The notes under the pieces are model-generated. The model was not told the origin of the DNA. It made no database searches and saw nothing but the letters and a program-made list of their open reading frames with translations. The position numbers and the translations under genes are program-made. From positions 1,088,001 to 1,152,000 of the forward strand of contig CAWFFN010000005.1 in NCBI GenBank assembly GCA_963815115.1: 64,000 nt of DNA. The letters run 5' to 3'. This document shows, piece after piece, positions 51,703 through 61,694 of the stretch. Positions within the stretch are counted from its first letter, which is position 1. Every line of letters starts with the position of its first letter. This stretch comes from an uncultured delta proteobacterium (GTDB lineage: Bacteria; Desulfobacterota; Binatia; DP-6).

Positions 51703-51916
51703 TCATGTCGTGGGATACTGAGCTCCATTCTCGCAGCACATCGCGTAGTGCGCCTGGTTGGCGTCGAACGCGTGCGCGCGGGCTGGGTCAATCGTCAGGA
51801 CGCCGGTGGACCCGTCGTAGCGATTGGTTCGCATCAGCAGGCGGAGGCGGGCCGGCAGGGCACCCTGCCGTTCGGGATCTGACGACGACGCCGAGCGTGA
51901 TCCAGAGACGCCGCAT
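51703..51916 (-). pseudogene. Remnant of quinol-dependent nitric oxide reductase (qNor) N-terminus
   Basis: RBS GGGAGG plus MRRLWITLGVVV, fused out of frame to QGALPARLRLLMRTNRYDGSTGVLTIDPARAHAFDANQAHYA. Confidence 0.6.
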
Positions 51917-52160
51917 GGGTCCTCCCTTTCGCGTCAGGGGAGCAGTCGGGTCGCCATAGCACGCCAGCCGGCTACCGAACCACCAGCAAGCGACAATGGG
52001 ATTCCACTCAGCCGGTCAGCGTGCTCGGTCTACGCAGCTCATCCACGGTGAATGGGAACGCTGGACAGGTCGCCAGGAGCAAGCTTCCGCCGGTGGCTGA
52101 AAAGACCGAGACACCGCCACGACGGTATGCACCCGTCACCTCTCTGGACTCCTCGAGCAC

Positions 52161-53651
52161 TCAGCGCTCCGCGGCCGGCTCCGGCCGGGCGAGATCGCCG
52201 GTGCTGAACGCCAGCTCCGCCGCCGTCGTGAACACCTTCGCCCGGGCCTCCGTGTCGAGGGTGCGGGCACGTGCCAGGTTGCGCTGGGCCTCCCGCACGT
52301 CCGGGTATGTCGCCAGCCCGTGCTCGTACGACGAGAGGGTAGCGGTCCAGCTCTTCTCGGACGCCGCAAGCAACGCGACGCCCGCCTGTTGCCGGGCGAG
52401 CGCGACCTTCGTGTCGTTGTACGCCTTCCACACGTCACGCACCGCCTTGTCGCGCGCGAGGGTGAGCTCGTCCGCGGCCACCCGCTGCGCCGACTCGGCC
52501 AGGCTCAGCCGGTTGCGCCGCTCGAAGCCCTCGAACAACGTCCACTCGAAGCGCAGCCCCGCGTCCCACTGCTGCGCGTCGACCGTATCGTACGGACCGC
52601 CCAGGATGCTGATCCGTCCGATGTTGCGGCCGGTGGCGGCACGGATCCCGAGCTTGGGAAAGAAGTCCGCGCGCGCGTTACGCACCTCGGCCTCCTTCGC
52701 GCGGAGCGTCGCCAGCCGGGCGAGGAGGTCGGGACGCTGCGCCAGGGCCCGGTCGACCGCGTCGTCCACCGATTCCTCCGCCCCTGGCGGGAGCGGCTGC
52801 TGCGATACGTCGATCACGCGGATCGAAGTCGTCGGAAGCACGCCCATGCTCTCCGCCAGCGCCATCCGGGCATCGATCTCGGCCGCCAGGGCGTCGTCGA
52901 CGTCGTATTGCGCGCGCGCGGCTTCCTCGTGTGCTTGCAGCGCCTCGGGCAGCGTCCCTTCGCCGTGCACCCGTCGCGCCCCCGCCGCCGTTTCCAGCGT
53001 CTGCGCCGACTCGAGCGCCGCACGCGCCGCGGCGACCCGGCCGCGGACCGCGGTGAGCGTGTAGAACGCCCGCGTGACCGCGAACACGACCTGCTGGTGC
53101 TTGGCATTGAATCCGACCGTCGCCTCGAGCTGAAGGGCCTTCGCGGCGTCGACAGTGGCACCGCGGCGCCCGAAGTCGAGCAGCCACCACTCGAGTGACA
53201 CGATCGGGAGCACGAGCTGGGTGTTCGCCGTCAGGTAGCCCTTGGGCAGGCCCCCCGGGATGAGATTCGGCGGGAACGGCAGTGCCAGATGCGCGGCGCC
53301 CCCCGTCGCGCTCGCGGCGAGCAGCGGATAGTACGTGCCTTCAGCGAGCCCCACCGCGATCGCCCCTTGCCGCGCCCGTTCCCACGCGACGCGCGTCTCC
53401 GGATTCGTGCGCTGGGCAATGTCGACGAGCTCGGGCAGCTCGTACGTCTTCTCGGGATCGATGCTGACCGTCGTGCTCGCTTCGCTCGCGCGCTCCCGCT
53501 CCACGAGATCCGCCGACGCGCGCGGAAGCTCCGGGGCAGCCCACGGCCGGCTGGGCGATGGCGGGGTGTTGCGCATGGGACTCCATGCGGCGCAGCCCGT
53601 GCACAGCACCATGCCCCCCGCGCCTGCGATCCACTGCCGCGCGCGGATCAT
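52161..53651 (-). CDS. TolC family outer membrane efflux protein
   Basis: Lipoprotein-like signal, TYELPELVDIAQRTNP, LLDFGRRGA, RPDL; two OEP repeats. Confidence 0.88.
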   Translation of the reverse strand: MIRARQWIAGAGGMVLCTGCAAWSPMRNTPPSPSRPWAAPELPRASADLVERERASEASTTVSIDPEKTYELPELVDIAQRTNPETRVAWERARQGAIAVGLAEGTYYPLLAASATGGAAHLALPFPPNLIPGGLPKGYLTANTQLVLPIVSLEWWLLDFGRRGATVDAAKALQLEATVGFNAKHQQVVFAVTRAFYTLTAVRGRVAAARAALESAQTLETAAGARRVHGEGTLPEALQAHEEAARAQYDVDDALAAEIDARMALAESMGVLPTTSIRVIDVSQQPLPPGAEESVDDAVDRALAQRPDLLARLATLRAKEAEVRNARADFFPKLGIRAATGRNIGRISILGGPYDTVDAQQWDAGLRFEWTLFEGFERRNRLSLAESAQRVAADELTLARDKAVRDVWKAYNDTKVALARQQAGVALLAASEKSWTATLSSYEHGLATYPDVREAQRNLARARTLDTEARAKVFTTAAELAFSTGDLARPEPAAER

Positions 53652-55828
53652 CGGCCGGCACCCGGGTGCAGGCGCTCCGTGGAGCTCGCGGCGGACAGTG
53701 CCTCGATCCGTGGGACGAGGACGCGATACAGCTCGAGCCGACCGCGTACCTGCGCTGCGACGTCGGTGCTGGCCACGCGTCCCAGGGACGAGCGTGCGAC
53801 GTCCGCCAGGTCGGCGAGCGGCGCCTGAAGATCCGGGAGCGGAGTCTCCGTCCTTCCCTCGATGCGATTCGCCACGGCATCGAGACTCGCCGCCACGGCG
53901 CTGTTCAGGCGGCGGACGGCGGCGCGGACGGGCGAAGGAAGCACGTCCAGTGCGAAGTCGGGACGATGCCGCGCGATGGCGAGCTGGTTCAGGAAAACGG
54001 CCTGCGCATCGATGGTCACGCGCTGGAGGGCGGCCCGGGTGTCCCACTCTCCCTCACCGGGGACGCCGGGCTCGAACCCGGCCTCCTCGAGCGATTGCTG
54101 AACGGCGCCGAAGCTTCGATCGGCCTCGGCCCGCAGCGCGGCCGTGCTGCGAGCCGTCGCTGCCGCGTCTTCGGTCTCACCCTCGACTGTCGCGAGGCGC
54201 GCGGTCGTCCGCAGCGCCGCAGCGAGGTTGCGCCGCAGCGCCATGAGGGCATCGACCGGCCACACGTAGAGGAACACCAGCGTGATGACGACGTTGCCGA
54301 GCAGGATCCCCACCAGGCGGTCCCGGATGGTGTCGAAGTGCCAGTTCGGCGCGAAGCCCTGGATCACGCATACGAAGAACGCGAAGGCGATCTGCACGCC
54401 GGCGTACGAGATGCGGGCGCTCCCCAGATTGACCCATCCCGCGACGGCGGTCCCGGCGGCAACCAGGAGGACCAGCGACGTGATCGACACCATGCCCGGG
54501 ATGAGCAGCAGGATCGACAGGAAGCCCATCAGCGCGCCGACCAGGGCGCCCGAGAGGCGCAGGGTGGCCTTCTGGATCGTCGCCCCTTCGCTCGTCAGCC
54601 CGACGATCATGCACGTGACGATGCACGTGCGGATGCCGGGCCAGTCGACCGCGCTCTGCAGGAGGTAGCAGATCATCACGGCGAGCGACCCCTTCAAGGC
54701 GTAGCGCAGGTACTCGGGGTTGGTGAGCGCGTCGGGCACGAACAGGCGGCGCGGCTCGGCCAGCGGGGCCACCTCGGCGGGGACGTCTTCGCTCTCGAGC
54801 GTGGAGCGCAGGAGGTTCACCACGTGCTCGAGCTCCACCAGAGCGGGGTGGACGACAGGATCGTCAGCACCGGGCGGTGGCGCGCTGCCGGGCGATGCGT
54901 GCTCCGGGGAACGTCCCGTTGCGAGCGCCTGCCGCACGCGGCCGCACTCGTCGGCAACGCGTTGCAGCCGGACGCGCTCGGCCGCGAGAAGCGGTGCCGT
55001 GCTGGTGAGCTCGAGCGCCGCGGACGCGGTGACGAAGCGATCCGCCAGGGTGATCAGTGCGCGCAGCTGCCCCTGCCGTCGCCTGAGCGACGGGTGCACG
55101 ATCGTGGCGCTCCGGAGCAGCGCGAGCATCCTCGCCATCCCCGCTGTCACCAGGGTGCCGACAGACGGCGTGGTTCCCCTGCCGGACCCCTCCAGCAGAT
55201 GGGTCAGAGCGTCCTCCGTCGCCTGTATCCGCATGTCCAGCTCCTCGTCGAGGAGCTTCGCGGGATCGCTGGGCGCAATCAGCAGGTTGACGGCGACCGA
55301 CGCCGCGATGCCCAGGGCGAAGATCGGCCAGAGCCAGAGACTCGCCCGGACCACCAGCTCAGGAATCGGGATGAAGTCCGGCGCGGTCATGATGAGCGTG
55401 CCCACGAGGCCGACGACGAACCCGAGCGCGCCGATCACGAACGTTCGCCTGAGGAACAGTCCCAGGGCCGCCAGCGCGGCCATCAGGCAGAAGCGCAGCC
55501 ACGCCTGATCCATCGCGATGGTCAGCAGGAGGAGCGACCCGGCCAGGCCGATAGTGAGGGCGATCAGGGCCACGACGCCGAAGAGCAGCGTCTCCCCTGC
55601 CTCCTCGCTCACGACCCGGAGAGCCACCCACACCGAGAGGTGTGCCTCCGGCACCTGGAGCGTCATGCACAGCACGAGCGTCACGACACACGCGATGACG
55701 ATGCGGACCGTGCCGATCGCTCGACCCGGAACCGGCGCCAGCTCGCGACGGAGAAACGCAAGCAGCTGCACGAGCCGGGGCGCCGGGAGCGGCACGGTCT
55801 CAGCGAGGGCCATGCGGCGGAGGGTCAA
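53648..55828 (-). CDS. FUSC family inner membrane subunit (MdtO-like)
   Basis: ELAPVPGR, YALKGSLAVMICY, WPGIRTC and RISYAGVQIA motifs. Confidence 0.88.
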   Translation of the reverse strand: MTLRRMALAETVPLPAPRLVQLLAFLRRELAPVPGRAIGTVRIVIACVVTLVLCMTLQVPEAHLSVWVALRVVSEEAGETLLFGVVALIALTIGLAGSLLLLTIAMDQAWLRFCLMAALAALGLFLRRTFVIGALGFVVGLVGTLIMTAPDFIPIPELVVRASLWLWPIFALGIAASVAVNLLIAPSDPAKLLDEELDMRIQATEDALTHLLEGSGRGTTPSVGTLVTAGMARMLALLRSATIVHPSLRRRQGQLRALITLADRFVTASAALELTSTAPLLAAERVRLQRVADECGRVRQALATGRSPEHASPGSAPPPGADDPVVHPALVELEHVVNLLRSTLESEDVPAEVAPLAEPRRLFVPDALTNPEYLRYALKGSLAVMICYLLQSAVDWPGIRTCIVTCMIVGLTSEGATIQKATLRLSGALVGALMGFLSILLLIPGMVSITSLVLLVAAGTAVAGWVNLGSARISYAGVQIAFAFFVCVIQGFAPNWHFDTIRDRLVGILLGNVVITLVFLYVWPVDALMALRRNLAAALRTTARLATVEGETEDAAATARSTAALRAEADRSFGAVQQSLEEAGFEPGVPGEGEWDTRAALQRVTIDAQAVFLNQLAIARHRPDFALDVLPSPVRAAVRRLNSAVAASLDAVANRIEGRTETPLPDLQAPLADLADVARSSLGRVASTDVAAQVRGRLELYRVLVPRIEALSAASSTERLHPGAGR

Positions 55829-56871
55829 CGCTCAACGGGCGGCTCTGCCTCGTTCCGATTTCCGAGAATGATCGTCACGGCCGATGCGCCGACGCGGAAG
55901 GCGTCGGCCGGGTGCGGGTCGTCGATGTGGATGCGGACGGGGAAGCGCTGCGCGATGTGGACCCAGTTGAGCTCGCGCCGGATGGTGGGGATCCCGGGCA
56001 GGATGGCTCCGTCCTCCGGATTCACCGCCCAGCCGATCCCCTGGACCGTGCCCCGGTACCGCCGGCGCGGATCGGTCATCAGGTAGACCTCTGCCGCCAT
56101 GCCGGGGGCGATGCGATCGAGCTCCGACTCGCGGTAGTTGGCCAGGACATACCAGTTGCGGGTATCGACCAGCGCGAAGACCGGCAGCGGCCCGGGCGTG
56201 ACGAATGCGCCGACAGCCGTGTGGAGATTGACCACCAGCGCGTCGAACGGCGCCTCGACCCGCGTGTGGCCGAGATCCAGCTCCGCCTTCCCGAGCGCAG
56301 CGGCCGCGGCGTCCCGCTTCGCTCGCAGCGAATTCAGGTCGCCGACGTCCTTCTCGGCCTGCATCATCTTCCGACGGGCCTCGTCGAGGCTGGCCTCCAT
56401 CGACAGCTTCGCCGCCCGCGCCTGGTCCAGCCGTTCCGCGGTGACGAACTGCTGCTGCGCCAGGGGCACCAGGCGGTTGTACGTGTCGGCGGCGTTCCGG
56501 GCCTGCGCCTCGGCGCGCTGGACAGCCGCCCGGGCCGCGGCGGTCGCGTACTCCTGGCCCTGGATGCGCCGCTGCGTGAGGTCGATCTCCGCGTCGAGCG
56601 CCTGGACGTCCGCCCGGCTATGTGCGACCGCGTACTGGTAGGCCCGCGGGTCGATGAGGAACAGGGGATCGCCCTGCTTGACGGCCTGGTTGTCGACCAC
56701 GTGGAGCTCGACGATCCGGCCCGCGACCTCGGGGACGACGTTGATGACGTCGGCCATCACCGTCGCATCGTCGGTCTGTGGATGTCGCACGACGCGCCGG
56801 ACGACCACGACGGCCAGCACGAGTGCCCCCGCGATGATGGCGATGCTGAGCAGCCTTCCCAGCGCACGCAT
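55825..56871 (-). CDS. HlyD family membrane fusion protein (MdtN-like)
   Basis: PQTDDA, PEVAGRI, ANYRESEL and WVHIAQRFPVRI motifs. Confidence 0.9.
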   Translation of the reverse strand: MRALGRLLSIAIIAGALVLAVVVVRRVVRHPQTDDATVMADVINVVPEVAGRIVELHVVDNQAVKQGDPLFLIDPRAYQYAVAHSRADVQALDAEIDLTQRRIQGQEYATAAARAAVQRAEAQARNAADTYNRLVPLAQQQFVTAERLDQARAAKLSMEASLDEARRKMMQAEKDVGDLNSLRAKRDAAAAALGKAELDLGHTRVEAPFDALVVNLHTAVGAFVTPGPLPVFALVDTRNWYVLANYRESELDRIAPGMAAEVYLMTDPRRRYRGTVQGIGWAVNPEDGAILPGIPTIRRELNWVHIAQRFPVRIHIDDPHPADAFRVGASAVTIILGNRNEAEPPVER

Positions 56872-56877
56872 CTCGCG

Positions 56878-57162
56878 TCACCCGCCGAACAGGACCAGCC
56901 AGCTGGCGAAGATCAGGAGCGCCGCCAGGCAGGGGTAGACCAGACCTGCAGGCGTGACGTACGGCGCGATGCCGGTGGCTGTCAGCACCCGCCAGGCGAT
57001 CAGCGCGAGCACCAGCCCGGCGACGATGGAGATCAGCCACGCCGGGAAGAACGAGCCCAGGATGTTCACGGACGGCGAGAGGGCGCAGCCAGCGGTAGGG
57101 AACGCGGCGATCCACGCGAATCGTGAGACCGCAGCGCACTTCGTGGAGCGCCGGGTTCGCAA
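56878..57162 (-). CDS. YtcA family lipoprotein
   Basis: TAGC..SPSVNILGSFFPAWL, LVYPCL; directly upstream of the mdtN-like gene. Confidence 0.82.
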   Translation of the reverse strand: MRTRRSTKCAAVSRFAWIAAFPTAGCALSPSVNILGSFFPAWLISIVAGLVLALIAWRVLTATGIAPYVTPAGLVYPCLAALLIFASWLVLFGG

Positions 57163-57376
57163 CCCCTTCCCCTTCCACCGCCCGTCGCGGCGCCCATCCC
57201 CTGCCTCGTACCATCGGCGATGTCAAGACACGCATGATGGCGACCGAGCCTTTGACGCGGCGGCACCGTTGGAGGGAGGATTCGGCACACCTCAGGCGAG
57301 ACATCGTCGAGGAGGGCAGGGCGTCCGACCCTGACATTTCGAGGCGCCCGGCGCCCACGGCGAGGAGAGCACGAGC

Positions 57377-58240
57377 ATGATCGATTTGAGCGGAAAGGTC
57401 GCAATCGTCACCGGCGGCTGCAGCGGCATCGGGCGCGGCACGGTGAAGGTGCTGCACCGCGCCGGCGCACGGGTCGCATGTGTCGACGTCCAGGACGAGA
57501 AGGGGCATGCGCTGGCCCAGGAGATCGGCGACGGTCTGCTCTACGTCCACGCCGACGTCACGTCGGAGGACGAGATCGGGGCGGCCTTCCGGCGCGTGGC
57601 GGAGCGCTTCGGCGGGATCGACACGCTCTTCAACAACGCCGGCGCCGCCGAGCCGCTTGGATCCGATCCCTTCGACCTCACGATCTTCGAAGGCGTCCAG
57701 AAGCTCCTGGTGCACAGCGTCGTCCTCGGCATCAAGTACGCGCTGCCCTCGATGGTCGCGCGCGGTGGCGGATCGATCGTGAACACGGCGAGCATTGCCG
57801 GTCTCCAGGCTGGGTACGGCCCCTTCGCCTACTCGGTGGCCAAGGGCGCGGTCGTCCACCTCTCGCGGGTCGCCGCGGCGGCGCTCGCCAAGGACGGGAT
57901 CCGGGTGAACGCGATCTGTCCCGGCATCATCCCGACGTCGATCTTCGGGCGCGCGCTGGGCGAGTCCATCGCCGATGCGGACCGCCGTGCCCGCGACATC
58001 AGCGAGCGGGCGCACGGCTGGCAGCCCATCCGCATCGCCGGCTCGCCGGAGGACATCGGCTACGCGGTGGCGTACTTCGCGAGCGACCTGAGCCGCTTCG
58101 TCACCGGTCAGTTTCTGGCGGTCGACGGCGGGATCACCGTCGGCCCGCGCTCGGCGTGGGAGGAGTCCGCGGCCATCGAGAGCTGGTCCCGCATCGGGAT
58201 GAGCGAGGAGCAGGTGAAGAGGATGCTCGGGACGGCCTAG
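57377..58240 (+). CDS. Short-chain dehydrogenase/reductase
   Basis: TGGCSGIG, NNAG, YSVAK and IRVNAICPG motifs. Confidence 0.92.
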   Translation: MIDLSGKVAIVTGGCSGIGRGTVKVLHRAGARVACVDVQDEKGHALAQEIGDGLLYVHADVTSEDEIGAAFRRVAERFGGIDTLFNNAGAAEPLGSDPFDLTIFEGVQKLLVHSVVLGIKYALPSMVARGGGSIVNTASIAGLQAGYGPFAYSVAKGAVVHLSRVAAAALAKDGIRVNAICPGIIPTSIFGRALGESIADADRRARDISERAHGWQPIRIAGSPEDIGYAVAYFASDLSRFVTGQFLAVDGGITVGPRSAWEESAAIESWSRIGMSEEQVKRMLGTA

Positions 58241-59714
58241 GAGCCTGACCCAAGACTCCGCCGCATTATGTTGCTAGAAGGGCGACATGGCGGAGGCGGG
58301 GCGGTGGAAGCCGTATGTGCAGCGGCAGGGGCAGCTGCTGCCGACGTTCGTTGAAGACACGCTCGACCCGAGCGATCCGGTCTTTTTCATCGACGACGCC
58401 GTCGAGAGTCTCGACCTGACGCCGTTCGAGCAGCGCTACGCCGAGACGGGCGAGCATGCCTACGCGCCGCGGCTGTTGCTCAAGCTGTGGCTGTACGCGG
58501 CGACGCAGGGCGTATTCAGCGGCCGGGAGATCGCGCGGCGGCTCCGGCGCGACCTAGCTTTCCGGTACCTGGCGGGGGACGGGCCGGTGCCAGATTTCCG
58601 GACGATCAATCGCTTCCGGGTGCGGCATCGGGAGGACTTCGCCTGGGTGCTGCGGGCGACCGTCCGGCTGGCGCGCGGGGCCGGGCTGGTGAAGCTCGGG
58701 CTCGTGACGGTGGACGGCACGAAGTTGCGGGCGAACACGTCGCGGCACAAAGCGATGAGCCACGCGCGGCTCCAGCAGGAGGAGGCGCGGCTCGAGGCCG
58801 AGCTCGCCGCGTTGGTGACCAAGCTGGATGACGTGCAGGCCGCGGAGGACCGCGAACACGGCGAGGACGACGACGGCAGTGGGGGGTTACCCGCCGAGCT
58901 GCGGACGCGGGAGCAGCGGCTGGCCAAGCTGCGGGCGGTGCGGGCGCAGTTGGAGGCCGAGAAGGGTGCGACGTTGAAGCCGCGGCACCAGAAGAGCTTT
59001 GCCGACCCCGACGCGCAGATGATGCGCGCGGGGGACGGGGCCTTGGTCTACGCCTACAACGCCCAGGCAGCCGTGAGTGCGGACGGGCTGATCGTGGCGA
59101 CCGGGGTGACGACGGCGGTGCGGGACATTGGGCAGTTGGTCCCCATGATCGAGGCGGTGACCGCGACGACCGGAGAGTCGCCTGGCTGCACGGTGGCCGA
59201 CAATGGGTATCTCACGGAGGCGAATCTCGCGACCCTCGCGGAGCGGGGCGTGCGGTGTCTCGTGGCGGTGGGCCGCGAGGGCAAGGCCGTGCGGTGGCCG
59301 CAGGGACCGCACACCCAGCGCATGCATCGCCTGCTCCATCTGCCGTGGGCGCAGCGCTGGTATGCCTGGCGAAAGACGCAGGCGGAGCGTCCTTACGCGG
59401 AGATCAAGCACGCGATGGGCTTTCGCCGGGTCGCGCTGCGGGGCGTGGCGAAGGTCGGCGGCGAGTGGGACCTCGTGTGCGCGGCCTTCAACCTGCGGCG
59501 GCTGCGGGCGCTGGGCCTCGTCCCGGCGTAGACTCTGCCGCACACGCGGCGTGCGTCGGGGGCGTGGGGTCGCCGTCGGAGCGAATCCGCAGCCCCTTGC
59601 ACGCGCTCGCGGCCCATCGATGCGGCGCTGCACACTCGTCGGCGCGCATGGGGCGAGGACGCTGAGCGGAGACGGTGACCCCACGCCCCCGCACCGGCGT
59701 CTCGGGTCACGCTC
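58241..59714 (+). mobile_element. IS1182-family insertion sequence
   Basis: 20-bp imperfect IRs gagcctgacccaagactccg and cggcgtctcgggtcacgctc; CTAG duplicated at 58237-58240 and 59715-59718. Confidence 0.9.
58287..59531 (+). CDS. IS1182 family DDE transposase
   Basis: YAPRLLLKLWLYA, PDFRTINRFR, VDGTKLRAN, DPDA, YNAQ, ADNGY, ERPYAEIK motifs. Confidence 0.92.
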   Translation: MAEAGRWKPYVQRQGQLLPTFVEDTLDPSDPVFFIDDAVESLDLTPFEQRYAETGEHAYAPRLLLKLWLYAATQGVFSGREIARRLRRDLAFRYLAGDGPVPDFRTINRFRVRHREDFAWVLRATVRLARGAGLVKLGLVTVDGTKLRANTSRHKAMSHARLQQEEARLEAELAALVTKLDDVQAAEDREHGEDDDGSGGLPAELRTREQRLAKLRAVRAQLEAEKGATLKPRHQKSFADPDAQMMRAGDGALVYAYNAQAAVSADGLIVATGVTTAVRDIGQLVPMIEAVTATTGESPGCTVADNGYLTEANLATLAERGVRCLVAVGREGKAVRWPQGPHTQRMHRLLHLPWAQRWYAWRKTQAERPYAEIKHAMGFRRVALRGVAKVGGEWDLVCAAFNLRRLRALGLVPA

Positions 59715-59745
59715 CTAGTTCGGATGGGACACGCCTGGAAGACCT

Positions 59746-61581
59746 CTACGCTGCGCGGGCGCCGGTCGTCGGCAGGCTCGTGAACAGCCGCGACAGGAAG
59801 CGGGCGGTCCGGCGGAACGGCGACCCCAGCGCTTCGTCGCGCACCAGGCGTGCTCCTTCCTGGTGGTGCTCGAGGACCAGCTTCCGGTTGTGAAACGCTT
59901 CCAGCTCCGCGCGATGCCCCACGCTCACCACCGTCGCCGTCGGCAGCCGTTCGAAGAGCAGCTTCATGAGCTGGTCCTGGCTCGACGGATCGAGCGCCGC
60001 CGTCGCCTCGTCCATCACCACGATGTCCGGTTGCTGCATCAGCACCCGGGCGAACGCGAGCCGCTGCTTCTCGCCACCCGACAGGATGCTCTCCCAGCGC
60101 GCGTCCTCGTCGAGGCGGTCGAGGAACTGATCGAGGCCGACGTCCCCCAGCGTCTTGCGGATCACCGCCTCGTCGACCTCGTCGGGCGATTGCGGATAGG
60201 TGGCGGCCCGCCGCAGCGTGCCGAGCGGCACGTAGGGCTGCTGCGGCATGAGGAAGAGGCGGGCGTTCGGCTGGATCAGTATCTCGCCCTGTCCCCACGG
60301 CCACAGGCCGGAGATCGCCCGCACCAGGGTGCTCTTCCCGGTACCCGATTCCCCGACCACCAGCACCCTCTCGCCGCGTGCGATGTCGACGTCGGCTTCG
60401 TTCACCACGGCGCTGCCGTCGTCCAGCATGACGGACACGTTGCGCAGGTGGAGCGCCGCGCCCTCCGACTCGCCGTACTGGATGCGCCCCGTGCTCTCCT
60501 CGCGGTCGGCCCGCTCGAGGCGATCGAGCGACACCAGCAGCGAGCCGAGCCTGCGCGCCGAGGCCGTCCAGTCCGCCAGGCGAGGGTAGTTGTCGACCAG
60601 CCAGTTGAACGCCACCTGCACGATGACGAACGCGGACGACGCCTGCATGACCTCGCCCAGCGTCATCTCGTTGGCGACGTACTTCGGCGCGCAGAGGAGG
60701 ATCGGCAGGACCGGCACGAACGCGGAGCTCGTCTGCGACACGACCGTCGTCTGCATCCATTGCGTCACCAGCGCCCGCCAGCGTCGCAGGACGCCGCGAA
60801 AGGCCTCGTCGAGGCTCCAGCGCTCCTCGCCTTCGCCACCGAGTAACGCGATGCTCTCGCCATACTCACGCACCCGGGTGAGCCCGTAGCGGTACTCGGC
60901 CTCGGCCTGGTTCTTGTTCTCGGACGCGGCGACGAAGCGCCGGCCGATGATCGCCATGGCGCCGCTGGCCAGCACCGCATAGAGGACCGCCGCGATCACG
61001 AGGAAGCCGGGAATGGAAAGCGTGGTCTCTCCGAATTGCATCGTCAGCGCGCCGCCGATGAACCACAACACGCCGATGAAGGTGACCGCCGAGAGCACCG
61101 CCGAGAAGATGCCCACTGCGAAGTCGATCGGCGCCTCACAGGCCAGCCGCAGGTCCTCGGCCACGCGGTATTCGGGGTTCTGGTGATCGCCGGGAATCAG
61201 GCTGAGCTGATAGTAGCGGCCGCTGCTGATCTAGCGATCGAGCACGTGACCGTTCAACCAGGCGCGCCAGCGCCGCTGCGTGGTCATGCGGCCGAACACG
61301 CTGGCCGCGGCGATGCTGACGCTGGCCAGCGTGAGCGGCAGGAAGATGATCGACTGCCGCAGGACGCCGCCGGCGTCCTTGTGGTCGAGCGCGTCGAACA
61401 TGGCCCGGTTCCAGACGTTCAGCCGGTATTGTACCGCCAGGTTCACGAGGGCCAGAACCACGAGGAGGGCCGTCAGCAACCAGGCCGCTGGACCCGCCCC
61501 GCGCCGCCAGAAGCCGAGCGCCGCCTCCCAGAAGTTCGCGAGGAGATACTGCTTGGTCTCGCGATCGTCCTGCTCTGCCAT
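59746..61581 (-). pseudogene. YddA/SbmA-like ABC transporter permease plus ATPase with in-frame TAG
   Basis: Two ORFs in the same frame separated by TAG at 61231-61233 (DR*ISSGRYYQL); NPEYR, GESGTGKST, LSGGEKQR, DEATAALD motifs. Confidence 0.85.
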
Positions 61582-61694
61582 CCGCCTGCTCCCCGACTCG
61601 CCGCCAGCGGCGACCCCTGCCGCGCGGCAGCTTACAACGAGTCCATCCTCGCGGGCGAACGCGGCGCGCCGACCCATGCGATCGGGGCGGCCTC

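Noticed and set aside
51942-51957. Sigma-54-like TGGCGACCCGACTGCT on the minus strand upstream of the qNor remnant
   Set aside because: GG-N10-GC spacing fits but the match to consensus is weak and expected by chance at this GC content
61231-61233. Pyrrolysine or recoded TAG
   Set aside because: Many intact genes here end in TAG and no pyl genes are present; a point mutation or error is simpler
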